Positions 48,432 through 61,600 of a stretch of DNA of 64,000 bases are shown piece after piece. The notes under the pieces were generated by a model that was not told the origin of the DNA, ran no database searches, and was given only the letters and a program-made list of their open reading frames with translations. The number at the start of each line of letters is the position of its first letter. Position 1 is the first letter of the stretch. The stretch lies in the NCBI GenBank assembly GCA_038087875.1, contig JAXLNO010000618.1, positions 62,001 through 126,000 on the forward strand, in the 5' to 3' direction. A program made the position numbers and the translations under genes. The DNA is from Malacoraja senta. Its lineage: Eukaryota.

Positions 48432-49610
48432 AGCACTGCTCCCATCCACAGCCCAGGACCACAGCTCCCATCCACAGCCCAGGACCACTGCTCCCATCCA
48501 CAGCCCAGGACCACTGCTCCCATCCACAGCCCAGGACCACTGCTCCCATTCACAGCCCAGGACCACTGCTCCCATCCACAGCCCAGGACCACTGCTCCCA
48601 CCCACAGCCCATGACCACTGCTCCCATCCACAGCCCAGGACCACTGCTCCCATCCACAGCCCAGGACCACTGCTCCCATCCACAGCCCAGGACCACTGCT
48701 CCCATCCACAGCCCAGGACCACTGCTCCCATCCACAGCCCAGGACCACTGCTCCGATCCACAGCCCAGGACCACTGCACCCATCCACAACCCAGGACCAC
48801 TGGTCCCATCCACAGCCCAGGACCACTGCTTCCATCCACAGCCCAGGACCACTGCTCCCATCCACAGCCCAGGACCACTGCTCCCATCCACAGCCCAGGA
48901 CCACTGCTCCCATCCACAGCCCAGGACCACTGCTCCGATCCACAGCCCAGGACCACTGCTCCCATCCACAGCCCAGGACCACTGCTCCCATCCACAGCCC
49001 AGGACCACTGCTCCCATCCACAGCCCAGGACCACTGCTCCCATCCACAGCCCAGGACCACTGCTCCCATCCACAGCCCAGGACCACTGCTCCGATCCACA
49101 GCCCAGGACCACTGCACCCATCCACAACCCAGGACCACTGGTCCCATCCACAGCCCAGGACCACTGCTTCCATCCACAGCCCAGGACCACTGCTCCCATC
49201 CACAGCCCAGGACCACTGCTCCCATCCACAGCCCAGGACCACTGCTCCCATCCACAGCCCAGGACCACTGCTCCCATCCACAGCCCAGGACCACTGCTCC
49301 CATCCACAGCCCAGGACCACTGCTCCCATCCACAGCCCAGGACCACTGCTCCCATCCACAGCCCAGGACCACTGCTCCCATCCACAGCCCATGACCACTG
49401 CTCCCATCCACAGTCCAGGACCGCTGCTCCCATCCACAGCCCAGGACCGCTGCTCTCATCCACAGCCCAGGATCGCTGCTCCCATCCACAGCCCAGGACC
49501 GCTGCTCCCATCCACAGCCCAGGACCACTGCTCCCATCCACAGCCCAGGACCATTGCTCCCATCCACAGCCCAGGACCACTGCTCCCATCCACAGCCCAG
49601 GACCACTGCG
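48432..49610. repeat. 26-bp minisatellite, about 45 copies
   Basis: Unit cccatccacagcccaggaccactgct; explains the long repetitive ORFs on both strands. Confidence 0.97.
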
Positions 49611-49844
49611 CTCAGACACTCCCACAACTCCCCCTTTTATACACAGCAGCTGACAATTTTCTAATCAGCTTCAATCAAGCTGATTACCACATTCACCAAT
49701 CGCCCACCAGTGGCTAATCAATGTTTGTTGCACACATCATGATATCCACCTGGGGCAGTAGTTGTCTGCAGGACAATAATTCCCTCCGACTTGTTGCTTT
49801 TTACACAAAGTGGCTGCTTGCATTTCCTTAAGTCAGAGACGACA

Positions 49845-50325
49845 CACAGAAATAGAATTAGGCCATTCGGCCCATCGAGTCTACCCCACCATTCAATCAT
49901 GGCTGATCTATCTCTCCCTCCTAACCCCATTCTCCTGCCTTCTCCCCATAACCCCTGACACCCGCACTCATCAACAATCTATCTATCTCTGCCTTAAATA
50001 TATCCACTGACTTGTGGCCTCCACCGCCGTCTGTGGCAATGAATCCCACAGATTCACCACCCTCTGGCTAAAGAATTTCCTCCTCATCTCCTTCCTAAAG
50101 GAAAGTCCTTTAAATCTGAGGCTGTGCCCTCTGGTCCTAGACTCTCCCACTAGTGGAAACATCCTCTCCACATCCACTCTCTCTGGGCCTTTCACTGTTC
50201 AGAGAAGTTTCAATGAGGTCCCCCCCCACCCAATCTTCTAAACTCCAGCGCGTACAGACCCAGCGCCGACAAACGCTCATCGTACGTTCACCCACTCGTT
50301 CCTGGGATCGTTCTTGTAAACGCTA
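49845..50325 (-). mobile_element. CR1 3' fragment
   Basis: ORF 49983-50195, ESRTRGHSL...NLWDSLP. Confidence 0.85.
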
Positions 50326-50814
50326 ACTCTTTTGTCTTGCTGATGTTGAGGGATGGATTGTTATCCTGACCATAGGTGCAGGAGCAGGCCATTCGGCCAT
50401 TCACGACAGAAGGTTCTCAATGTCTTTCCCATATTCTATCTCATAGTTGCTGCTCATGTGGCTGAAATACTGTTCTGACCAGTGGACGGACGTCTGGATC
50501 GCACTGGCCTGAGACCCGGCCACAAGTTGTGGGTGGCAAGGTCATGACCCCGAGGGACATTGGTGTCAAGGGTCACGGTGGAGGGAATGTTCTGACCAAT
50601 TCTATCGTCTGAGCAGTGAATAGTGATGATTTGTTAATTCATCATGGCTGAAGCAGGTGGGCTCACTTCTGACTAGACTTTACTGTGGACATTTAAACAG
50701 GAACAGTAAACTTTCTTTATTAACAATGAATGACCCAGAGAAAGGAGAATGTTACTCTTGGAAGTTCATAGTCACAGCATGGAAACAGGCCCTTCCTTCG
50801 GCCCAACTTGTCCT

Positions 50815-53130
50815 CCCCGACCAACATACCCCATCTACACTAGTCCCACCCCGACCAACATGCCCCGTCTACACTAGTCCCACCCCGACCAACACGCTCC
50901 ATCTACACTAGTCCCACCCCGACCAACATGCCCCATCTACCCTAGTCTCACCCCGACCAACATGCCCCATCTACACTAGTCCCACCCTGACCAACATGCC
51001 CCATCTACACTAGTCCCACCCCGACCAACATGCCCCAGCTACACTAGTCCCACCCCGAACAACATGCCCCATCTACACCAGTCCCACCCTGACCAACATG
51101 CCCCATCTACACTAGTCCCACCCCGACCAAGATGCCACATGTACACTAGTCCCACCCCGACCAACATGCCACATGTACACTAGTCCCACCCCGACCAACA
51201 TGCCCCATCTACACTAGTCCCACCCCGACGAACAAGCCCCATCTACACTAGTCCCACCCCGACCAACATGCCACATCTACACTAGTCCCAGCCCGACCAA
51301 CATGCCCCATCTACACTAGTCCCACCCCGACCAACATGTCCCATCTACACTAGTCCCACCCCAACCAACATGCACGATCTATATTAGTCCCACCCTAGAC
51401 CATCATGCCCCGTATACACAAGTCCCACCCCGACCAACATGCCCCATCTACACTAGTCCCACCCGACCAACATGCCCCATCTACACTAGTCCCACCCCGA
51501 CTAACATGCCCCATCTACACTAGTCCTACCCCGACCAACATGCCCCATCTACACTAGTCCCACTCCGACCAACATGCCCCATCTACACTAGTCCCACCCC
51601 GACCAACATGCCCCATCTACACTAGTCCCACCGCGACAAACATGCCCCATCTACACTAGTCCCACCCCGACCAACATGCCCCATCTACACAAGTCTCACC
51701 CCGACCAACATGCCCCATCTACACTGGTCCCACCCCGACCAACATGCCCCATCTACACTAGTCCCACCCCGACCAACATGCCCCATCTACACTAGTCCCA
51801 CCCCGACCAACATGCCCCATCTACACTAGTCCCACCCTGACCAACATGCCCCATCTACACTAGTCCCACCCCGACCAACATGCCCCATCTACACTAGTCC
51901 CACCCCGACCAACATGCCCCATCTACACTAGTCCCACCCCGACCAACATGCCCCGTCTACACTAGTCCCACCCCGACCAACATGCCCCATCTACACTAGT
52001 CCCACCCCGACCAACATGCCCCATCTACCCTAGTCTCACCCCGACCAACATGCCCCATCTACACTAGTCCCACCCTGACCAACATGCCCCATCTACACTA
52101 GTCCCACCCCGACCAACATGCCCCAGCTACACTAGTCCCACCCCGAACAACATGCCCCATCTACACCAGTCCCACCCTGACCAACATGCCCCATCTACAC
52201 TAGTCCCACCCCGACCAAGATGCCACATGTACACTAGTCCCACCCCGACCAACATGCCACATGTACACTAGTCCCACCCCGACCAACATGCCCCATCTAC
52301 ACTAGTCCCACCCCGACGAACATGCCCCATCTACACTAGTCCCACCCCGACCAACGTGCCACATCTACACTAGTCCCAGCCCGACCAACATGCCCCATCT
52401 ACACTAGTCCCACCCCGACCAACATGCCCCATCTACACTAGTCCCACCCCAACCAACATGCCCGATCTACATTAGTCCCACCCTAGACCAACATGCCCCG
52501 TATACACAAGTCCCACCCCGACCAACATGCCCCATCTACACTAGTCCCACCCGACCAACATGCCCCATCTACACTAGTCCCACCCCGACTAACATGCCCC
52601 ATCTACACTAGTCCTACCCCGACCAACATTCCCCATCTACACTAGTCACACTCCGACCAACATTCCCCATCTACACTGGTCCCACCCCGACCAACATGCC
52701 CCATCTACACTAGTCCCACCCCGACCAACATGCCCCATCGACACTAATCCCACCCCGACCAACATGCCCCATCTACACTAGTCCCACCCCGACCAACATG
52801 CCCCATCTACACTAATCCCACCCCAACCAACATGCCCCATCTACACAAGTCCCACCCCGACCAACATGCCCCATCTACACTAGTCCCACCCCGACCAACA
52901 TGCCCCATCTACACTAGTCCCACCCCGACCAACATGCCCCATCTACACTAGTCCCACCCCGACCAACATGCCCCATCTACACTAGTCCCACCCCGACCAA
53001 CATGCCCCATCTACACTAATCCCACCCCAACCAACATGCCCCATCTACACAAGTCCCACCCCGACCAACATGCCCCATCTACACTAGACCCACCCCGACC
53101 ATCATGCCCCATCTACACTAGTCCCACTTG
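50815..53130. repeat. 34-bp minisatellite, about 68 copies, continuous with a LINE/SINE 3'-tail sequence
   Basis: Unit ccccgaccaacatgccccatctacactagtccca; runs into cccgcgtttgacccatatccctc at its right end. Confidence 0.97.
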
Positions 53131-54009
53131 CCCGCGTTTGACCCATATCCCTCCAAACCTGTCCTATCCAAGTGTCTCTTAAACGTTGTGATAGTCCCTG
53201 CCTCAACTACCTCCTCCAGCAGCTCATTCCATACACCCACCATCCTCTGTGTGGAAATGTTGCCCCTCAGATTGACATTATTAATGTGGACCATTTGTGC
53301 ACAACTCTGCTGGTGTGAGTAATAAATGAAATGATAGATAGCAAAAATACACAGTTGTGCAGCGGTAGAGTTGCTGCCTCACAGCGCCAGAGACCCGGGT
53401 TCCATCCTCAATACGGGTGCTGTCTGTACGGAGTTTGCACGTTCTCCCCGTGACCTGCGTGGGTTTTCTCCGGGTGCTCCGGTTTCCTTCCGCATTCGAA
53501 AGACCTGCTGGTTTGTAGGTTAATTGGCTTCTGTAAAATTGTCCCTAATGTGTGTAGGATGGAGCTAGTATACGGGGTGATCACTGGTCGGCGATGACTT
53601 GTTGGGCCGAAGGGCGTGTTTCTGCGCAGTATCTCTAAAATCTAAACAATACCCGGTGACTTGGCCTCCACCGCCCTCTGTGGCAATGAATTCCACAGAT
53701 TCACCACCCTCTGGCTAAAGAAATTCCTCCTCATCTCCTTTCTAAAGGCATGAGTGGGAAAGGCAGAGAGGGTGAGGGGCCAGACGTGGGCATGTGGGAC
53801 TAGCTTCGATAGGCATGGCTGTGTGTTTCTGTGCTGTGGGACTGACGGGGCTACACAGGGTAGTAGTTTGATGCTTCAGCCTGCAGCAACCCAGGAGAAC
53901 TGTGTTCCAGATGTTTCATTAGTTTGTTGTTCTGCACATCGATCGGGAGACGATGAAATCTCTCGTTCACACGCAGCGGCCAGAGCAAACAGTGTACATA
54001 CAGTGATGA

Positions 54010-55645
54010 CCAGCCGCTCCATTCTCTCAGCATATGACAGTCCCGTCATCCCGGGAATTAACCTTGTAAACCTACGCTGCACTCCCTCAATAGCAAGAAT
54101 GTCCTTCCTCATATTAGGGGACCAAAACTGCACACAATACTCCAGGTGTGGTCTCACTAGGGCTCTGTACAAATGCAGAAGGACCTCTTTGCTCCTATAT
54201 TCGATTCTTCTTGTTATAAAGGCCAACATGCTATTCGCTTTCTTCACTGCCTGCTGTACCTGCATGCTTACTTTCATAGCCTGATGAACAAGGACCCCCA
54301 GATCCCGTTGTACTTCTCCTTTTCCCAACTTGACACCATTTAGATAGCAATCTCCCTTCCTGTTTTTGCTACCAAAGTGGATAACCTCACATTTATCCGC
54401 ATTAAACTTCATCTGCCATGCATCTGCCCACTCCCCCAACCTGTCCAAGTCACCCTGCATTCTCATTGCATCCTCCTCACAGTTTACACTGCCACCCAGC
54501 TTTGTGTCATCTGCAAATTTGCTAATGTTACTTTGAATCTCTTCATCCAAATCATTGATGTATATTGTAAATAGCTGCGGAACCAGACCGAGCCTTGCCG
54601 TACCCCAGTAGTCACTGCCTGCCATTCTGAAAGGGACCCATTAATCCCTACTCTTTGTTTCCTGTCTGCCAATCACTTCTCTATCCATGTCAGCACTCTA
54701 CCCCCAATACCATTTGCCCTAATTTTGCCCACTAATCTCCTATGTGGGACCTTATCAAATGCTTTCTGAAAGTCCAGGTACACTACATCCACTGGCTCTC
54801 CCTTGTCCATTTTCCTAGTTACATCTTAAAAAAATTCCAGAAGATTGGTCAAGCATGATTTCCCCTTCGTATATCCATGCTAACTCAGACCGATCCTGTT
54901 ACTGCTATCCAAATGTGCGGCTATTTCATCTTTTATAATTGACTCCAGCATCTTCCCCACCGCCGATGTCAGGCTAACTGGTCTATAATGCCCTGTTTTC
55001 TCTCTCGCTCCTTTCTTGATAAGTGGGATGACATTAGCTATCCTCCAATCCACAGGAACTGATCCTGAATCTATTGAACATTGGAAAATGATCACCAATG
55101 CGTCCACTATTTCTAGACCCACCTCCATGAGGACCTTGGGATGCAGACCATCAGGCCCAGGGGATTTATCATCCTTCAGTCTCATTAGACTACCCAATAC
55201 TATTTCTCGCCTAATGAACATTTCTTTCAGTTCCTCTACCCCCTTAGATCCTCTGTCCTCCAGTATTTCTGGGAGATTGTTTGAGTCTTCCTTAGTGAAG
55301 ACAGATCGGAAGTACCTATTCAACTCTTCTGCCATTTCCTTGTTGCCCATAATAATTTCACCCACATCTGCCTTCAAGGGACCCACATTTGACTTTGCTA
55401 CTCTTTTTCCCTTAACATATCTAAAGAAGCTTTTACTGTCCTTCTTTATATTCCTGGCCAGCTTCCCTTCGTACTTCATCTTTTCAGCCCGTATTGCCCG
55501 TTTTGTTTCCTTCTGTTGTCCTATGAAAGTTTCCCAATCCTCTGGCTTCCGGCTACTCTTTGCTGTGTTGTACAACTTTTCTTTTAGTTTTATTCTATCC
55601 CTAACTTCTCTTGTCAGCCACGGTTGCCTCCCACTCCCCTTAGTT
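54010..55645 (-). mobile_element. CR1 ORF2 fragment
   Basis: ORFs 54880-55575 ([15 protein letters not shown]) and 53876-54625 (FADD, RPHLEYC). Confidence 0.92.
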
Positions 55646-56208
55646 GTGAAAAAATCAGGAAGTAAAACAGCCCAGAGATCAAAATAGACGAATCATTGTG
55701 GTTGAATTGCATAAAAGCTCTTAATGCAGCCTTAACCATTGCTCTGAATTTTGCTTCAGGTCCTGAATGTGATATCAGTTTGTATGTTGGTTACACCAAG
55801 CTTCAGTGCGTCCTTCAACACGTTTTCCTGCAGTCTGGAGTGGGTCAAGTGGCAACATTCCCTGATGGACCACACTTTGACATATCGTTGCTTCATCCCT
55901 CAGCACAGTAACAGTGTGTGGGAGATGGGACAATGTTCCTGTCCTTATAATCCAGCCTTTGACCCACAGTGAGCAGCACCAGAACAGAAGTATTGCAATT
56001 GAAGTTTTATCTTTAGAAACAAAATAGACACTTCCTCACTCTTACATTCAATGGCCTTAGCATTGAAGGCAAGCATACCATACGCCTTCTTCACTACCCT
56101 AACTACTTGTGCTGCCACCTTCCGTGAGCTATCAACTTGGACTCCAAATGCACTGAAGACATGTGTCTCAAACTGGCTCAGTCTAAAATTCTATGTTATT
56201 TCCCACAG

Positions 56209-56282
56209 GTAATCCACAAAATGAGGCCCAGGTTTTTCTGCAGCAGTTTGCCAGCTGGTTTGATGTTTGGTGTCTTTGTTTT
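56209..56282 (+). pseudogene. Truncated paralog of the leader exon (MRPRFFCSSLPAGLMFGVFV...)
   Basis: Acceptor ttatttcccacag and ATG at 56221 match 8968-9067; homology stops where an LTR starts; no Ig exons follow. Confidence 0.8.
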
Positions 56283-57642
56283 TATCAGAACTGAACGAGG
56301 AGGAGGACTCAAATGCAGGCTCAGACACAGGGCAGATCAGTTTCCAGAGTTTAATCGGTCCAAGTCAGTACACAGGTAAGCAAAAACGGAGACAACGGTA
56401 CAATCTAGGAGCATGCAAAAACAGTGGTTGAAGACAGGCACTGGTGGAGATAATAAGGTCAACAGATTTGTAGAGCTGGCACGAGGTGATACAAATTAAC
56501 ATACACAACGAACTGGCAATGAGAACTAAAACACAAAGGGCTTAAATACACAGCCTAAAGGCTCTGTCTCACGGTGTTGCGGTCATCGGCGGCGAAGCGC
56601 GGCTTCGCCTGTAGAGGGGACCGCACGGCAACGGCGAGAGCGCCGAGCCTATGCCACGGGAGCGGCGCACGGGTGCTACACTGGGGCCGAGTGATTTAAA
56701 TACGGCTGGTCCCACGAGCTTGCGGTAAGTAAAAAAAAAGGGCGGGCCGACTGCGATTACGTCATTTTGGATCTGCGGGGCTGTGGCGGCGGCCGTGCTG
56801 ATCGCGGCGCCGTAGCGGTGGCTGTGGCGGCGGCCGTGCCGCACACGTGTCTCACTAGCGGAGGCTGTGGCGGCGGCTATGCTGATCGCGGCGCTGTAGC
56901 GGTGGCTGTCGCGGCGGCCGTGCCGCACACGTGTCTCACTAGCGGCGGCTGTGGCGGCGGCTGTGCTGAGCGCGGCGCTGTAGCGGTGGCTGTGGCGGCG
57001 GCTGTACCGCACACTTGTCTCACTAGCGGCGGCTGTGCTGAGCGCGGCGCTGTAGCGGTGGCTGTGGCAGCGGCCGTGCCGCACACGTGCCTCACTGGCG
57101 GAGGCTGTGGCGGCGGCTGTGATGAGCGCGCCGCTGTAGCGGTGGCTGTGGCGGCGGCCGTGCCGCACACGTGCCTCACTGGCGGAGGCTGTGGCGGTGC
57201 AAGTTCGACGCACGGCGCTCGTGCCACACTGGCGGCGGCCGTGCTGCACTCGTGCCTCACTGGCGGAGGCTGTGCGGTAGGGACATATTTTTGAACAGTG
57301 TTGGTTTTATTTTAGCACCGTGCGGTGTTGGGAACAACGCCGCACGGCCCCGGAATTATGCGTTTGACCGAGTGCGCGGTCTATGGCAGCCCAGGAGCGG
57401 TAGATTCTTCCTGTTTCGCCGCCAATGACCGCAGACTCGTGAGACAGGCGTTTAACAGGGGATAACGAGACACAGGTGAAACACATCAGGGCGGGGCCTA
57501 CAATCACACGAGGGGAAAGGACATGACAGGAAATGGGACCTGAAACGAGAGGAGATGTGAGACACCAAAATAAAACAAGCATGCAACCAATAATATTAAA
57601 AACAATAAGAAACAGAAACTAGATCAAACGTGAGACCTGACA
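56283..57642. mobile_element. Solo LTR-like element with a nested TIR element
   Basis: Termini tatcag.../...ctgaca (TGTCAG-type inverted ends, one mismatch); flanks do not form a TSD. Confidence 0.6.
56559..57452. mobile_element. Non-autonomous PIF/Harbinger-like TIR element with an internal GC-rich 84-bp tandem array
   Basis: Imperfect TIRs of about 38 bp (aggctctgtctcacggtgttgcggtcatcggcggcgaa vs the reverse complement of the right end); TAA on both flanks. Confidence 0.75.
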
Positions 57643-58688
57643 CAGTGAGAACTAGAATGCAACAAGAGACACAACAATAAATAACTGAACTGAATAAATC
57701 TCATCTTTAACGTTCAAATTGTTGCTGCATTTTAAGAGTTATTCACATTTTAGGCATTGATATCCCTTTTCCACTTGCCATGCCCGTCAGCTGTGCCTGC
57801 GCAGTAATGCCTGCATATTCTACATCACAATGGGAACCCAATGGGCGGGAATGGATGCTCTGTCGGAGAGCCGCTAATAATGGATGCGGGAAGGGGGATG
57901 GAGTGAGTACGTGGGGGGGGGAGGAAGGGCAAGGAGCGGAGTGGGGGTGAGATCAGGAGCGTCACAACCAGAATACGTCAGCCACGCCTGCGTAGTTGGG
58001 GCTATGGGTGAGTGGTGGAATATTGCGTTGGGGGACCAGGCCTCCTGTGTCTGAATGAACTTAGTCGAGTGAACATTAAACTACTTTCCCTGCAACAGCA
58101 GCCAACTAGGATGACTTTAACCAGGGGATGTAACCTGGTCCAAAACAAAGTGCTGGAGGTACTTGGCAGATCAGGCACCATCTACCCGACCACAAAGGGA
58201 ATGGACAGATGCTGTCGTTTCCTGTTGGGACCCTTTCAGACTGATGGAGTCGGACAGAGAAAGTGGGAAAGAGGTGGGAGCAGGACACAGCCTGTTACGT
58301 GATTAGTGGATACAGGGGAGCGGGTGATGGGTTGTGACATTGGCTAGGGGTGACAAGGAGACAAAAGGTGCAAGAGATGAGAAGAGCGAAACGTAAAGCT
58401 GAAGGGAGGGATACGGGTGGAAGGGGATAGAGTGAAATATGAGACTGGTTTGGGAGGTGAGCATACACAGGGAAGGAGCAGAGTGACCAAGGTGTTGAGG
58501 GAAGTGTTCACACCAGGGGGGGGGATGCAGGGAAAGAGGGGGTTCCCATCACCAGGGTGGGGGTGCAGGGAAAGAGCGGGTTCCCATCACCAGGGTGGGG
58601 ATTCAGGGAAAGAGGGAGCTCTTAGCCAAGGAAAGGTGAAGGAAAATGTCAATGTGTGAGAGTTGGCAGCCCTGTATTCAGGCCCTGT

Positions 58689-61600
58689 ATTCAGGACCTG
58701 ATGCAAAATTCAGAGCAATGGTCAAGGCTGCAGGAAGAGCTGCCTTGCAATTTAACCACAATGATTCGTCTATTATGAGCTCTGGGCTGTTTCACTTCCT
58801 GTTTTTTATCTCAACTAAATTTCACAATGTGTAAATAAACATCAGAAGTGTGAAGGACAAAGAAAACATCCCAAAACCTATTGAAACATGCAAAAGAGAA
58901 TCAGGGGTGGATTATTTGTCACTTTGAGCCTGTTCAATCATTCCAAACAATCTCATATTCCAATTCTCTCCCGATAAATTTTGATGCATTTTACGTCAAA
59001 TAAATCTATCCCCTACTTAACAGGATTCAGTGACCTGCCATCTACGATTTTCTGTGGGGTGGATTTCAATGGCTCACCATATTCACAATGAAGAAATGTC
59101 TCAGCCCTAAATGTTTCACCCCTGATCTTGAGTCCAAAACCCCTTGTTCCAGATCCTACAGTCACAGGAAATATCTTCATGTATCGAGTCTGTCTAGCTC
59201 TGCTTTGAATTTTGTTTAATTTAGAGAGGTCATGTTTAAGTCTTCCAAACTCCAGTGACTACTGACTCAGTCAGCTCTTCCTCTCCTTACACATTAGTCC
59301 TGCCATTCCAGGAATCAGTCTGGTCAGCCTTGGCTGCATTACATCTGTGGCTGAAAAACCCTTTCTCCGGTAAGGAGAGCACAAAGGCATGTTTGGGGAG
59401 ACATGGGCCAGGCACAGCCAGTTGTGATGGGGTCAGTTGGACATCTTGGTCAGCATGTGTGCGTTGGGTCGATGTGTCTATTTCCATGCTCTACAGCTCT
59501 ATGACTCTCTGCTGCATCTGTGTATATTTGGCAAGTAACTCAACTGACTGACATCACCTGGAAACCTCTTTGCATCCTCTTTGCTTCTCCTACTTACTCT
59601 CAGTTTCATGTCATCAAACTTAGAAACATTAAATTTGTTTCCTTGTCAATACCATTGATGAACATTGAAAATAATGGACTCAAGAACTGGATTGATTCTG
59701 GATCATTCATCACCAACTGCCACCCTAACGAAGTCTTCTCTCTGTTTCCTGTCTGCCAAATAATTTTTAATTCATGCTTGTTTAATATTGCCTAATCCAC
59801 ATATTAAAAAATTCAAAGACCTTCTGAAAATTGGACACATCCTCTTGTTCTCCCTGAAACAAACAAAAACAATCTGCTGGAGGGACTCAGTGGGTCAGGC
59901 AGCATCTGTCGAGGAAAATGTGCAGATGACCCTGTATCGTGACCCTTCTTCAGTTGCCAATGGTCATCTTTCCATTTACTTCCACAGATGATTCCTGATC
60001 CACAAATTCCCTCCAGCAGTTTGCTCTTTGCTCGTGTTTCCAGAATCTGCAAACTCTTGGGTCTCCACATCTTCTCCCTTATCTATTCTACATGGTACAT
60101 CACCATCATCTCCAATAGATTTGTTTGCCATGATTTCACTTACATAAATTCAAAAATACATTGTCTTATCGCATAAATTATTTTAAAATATCCAAACACT
60201 GTTTTGGAACCTGGAAACACCAAACCAGGTTGGAGATTGAAATATTTTCATCCAACAAGTAGCAAACAGGAAATTTAATATGTAGAAAACAATAAAGAGC
60301 AGTAATTTAGTAGAGAGAAACACCACAATAGACAATAGACAATAGGAACAATAGAAACACCACTATTTTATTTTTTAATCAGTGGGAAGTAGCAACAATA
60401 ATTTTAAAAATTACCCTTTTTCGTCAAGATACCAACAATGCAATAGTTAGTTATTATCCTTATAATAAATGCATCCTCAGCACACATGCCCCATGTTCTG
60501 TTCTCATAGTAATAAAAAAATTACATAAATAGAATTTCCACGGAATTACTTTAAAATGTAAAGGGTAAATAGAGACGTTGTTTCTGAAGATAACATCAGC
60601 GTAAAGGATGAAGGATCTGTGTTAGGTCCTGTTTACACTTCTGCTGTGAAACTCAGCAAGTGCCTCAACGGAGACATTTGCACCAGTTAAGACAAGGGGT
60701 GATGTTTAGAATGTGAGAATGACAGACAGTGTGGGTTGGAGGGGCAATGAGATGAATTACGAAGAGACAGATTCAGGAGCTGGGGGGAAATATCAAAACA
60801 CAGGGTGAGCAGCAATAAAAATGAATTGTATTTCTCTGCAGAATTCACACAATATGGGGGGAATGAGTTGTTAACCCGGATTAAGGAAGGAGCCTGATTA
60901 GATTTCTTGTCACAATGAGGACGATACTAACTCCTGAGCTGATGATGAGCTGCACTTTGTGATTCCCACCAGAATTTTTGCTTATAAATCTATGTTTTTG
61001 GATGTGGGCCTCAGTGCTTAGGCTTCCATTTTTAACCCATGAGGATGTGACCATCCCTATTTCACCACTGAGGTGTTTAGTAAATGATAGGAGTAGGCCC
61101 CACAAATAACGAAGGAGCAGCAATGTATTTCCAAGTTATGATGGTGACTAACTGGGTCAATTTGTGCCACTCCACTAACTTGACCAAGCAATTCTGGGTA
61201 TGGATTGTGGATATATTTTCTAGCATCAATGCAGTCATCAATGTAATGGGGATAGAGTTCGGGGATAGTGCCAGTGTACACCTGGAACACAATGTATCTC
61301 TCGTGTCTATATCTCTAGGCTGTGAAGATCTTGGTGCAACTCTGTGAGGTTGTGCTTGGAGAACAACAAATGAGAGAGGGAAAAACTAGTGATTGTGAAA
61401 ATGTTTGCTGGAGGTTCTACCTTGAGTGAAATTCAGAACTGAGGAGAAAATTGCTCTCAATATTGGACTTACTTTGAAAATTTGTAGTAGTTTGATTATC
61501 ATATGCAGCTCATTGGTGACCTCCTAAGTCCAACCTCCACCATGATCTGATGCAATGAATATTGGTTTGATCTATCGGACCAACTACAGCATGAACAGGC

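Noticed and set aside
48321-49717. ORFs of 295-434 aa, mucin-like or Trp-rich
   Set aside because: Translations of the 26-bp minisatellite; unit length is not a multiple of 3 and there is no splice or coding context.
56569-57428. Ala/Arg/Gly-rich ORFs
   Set aside because: Translations of the GC-rich 84-bp array inside a TIR element.
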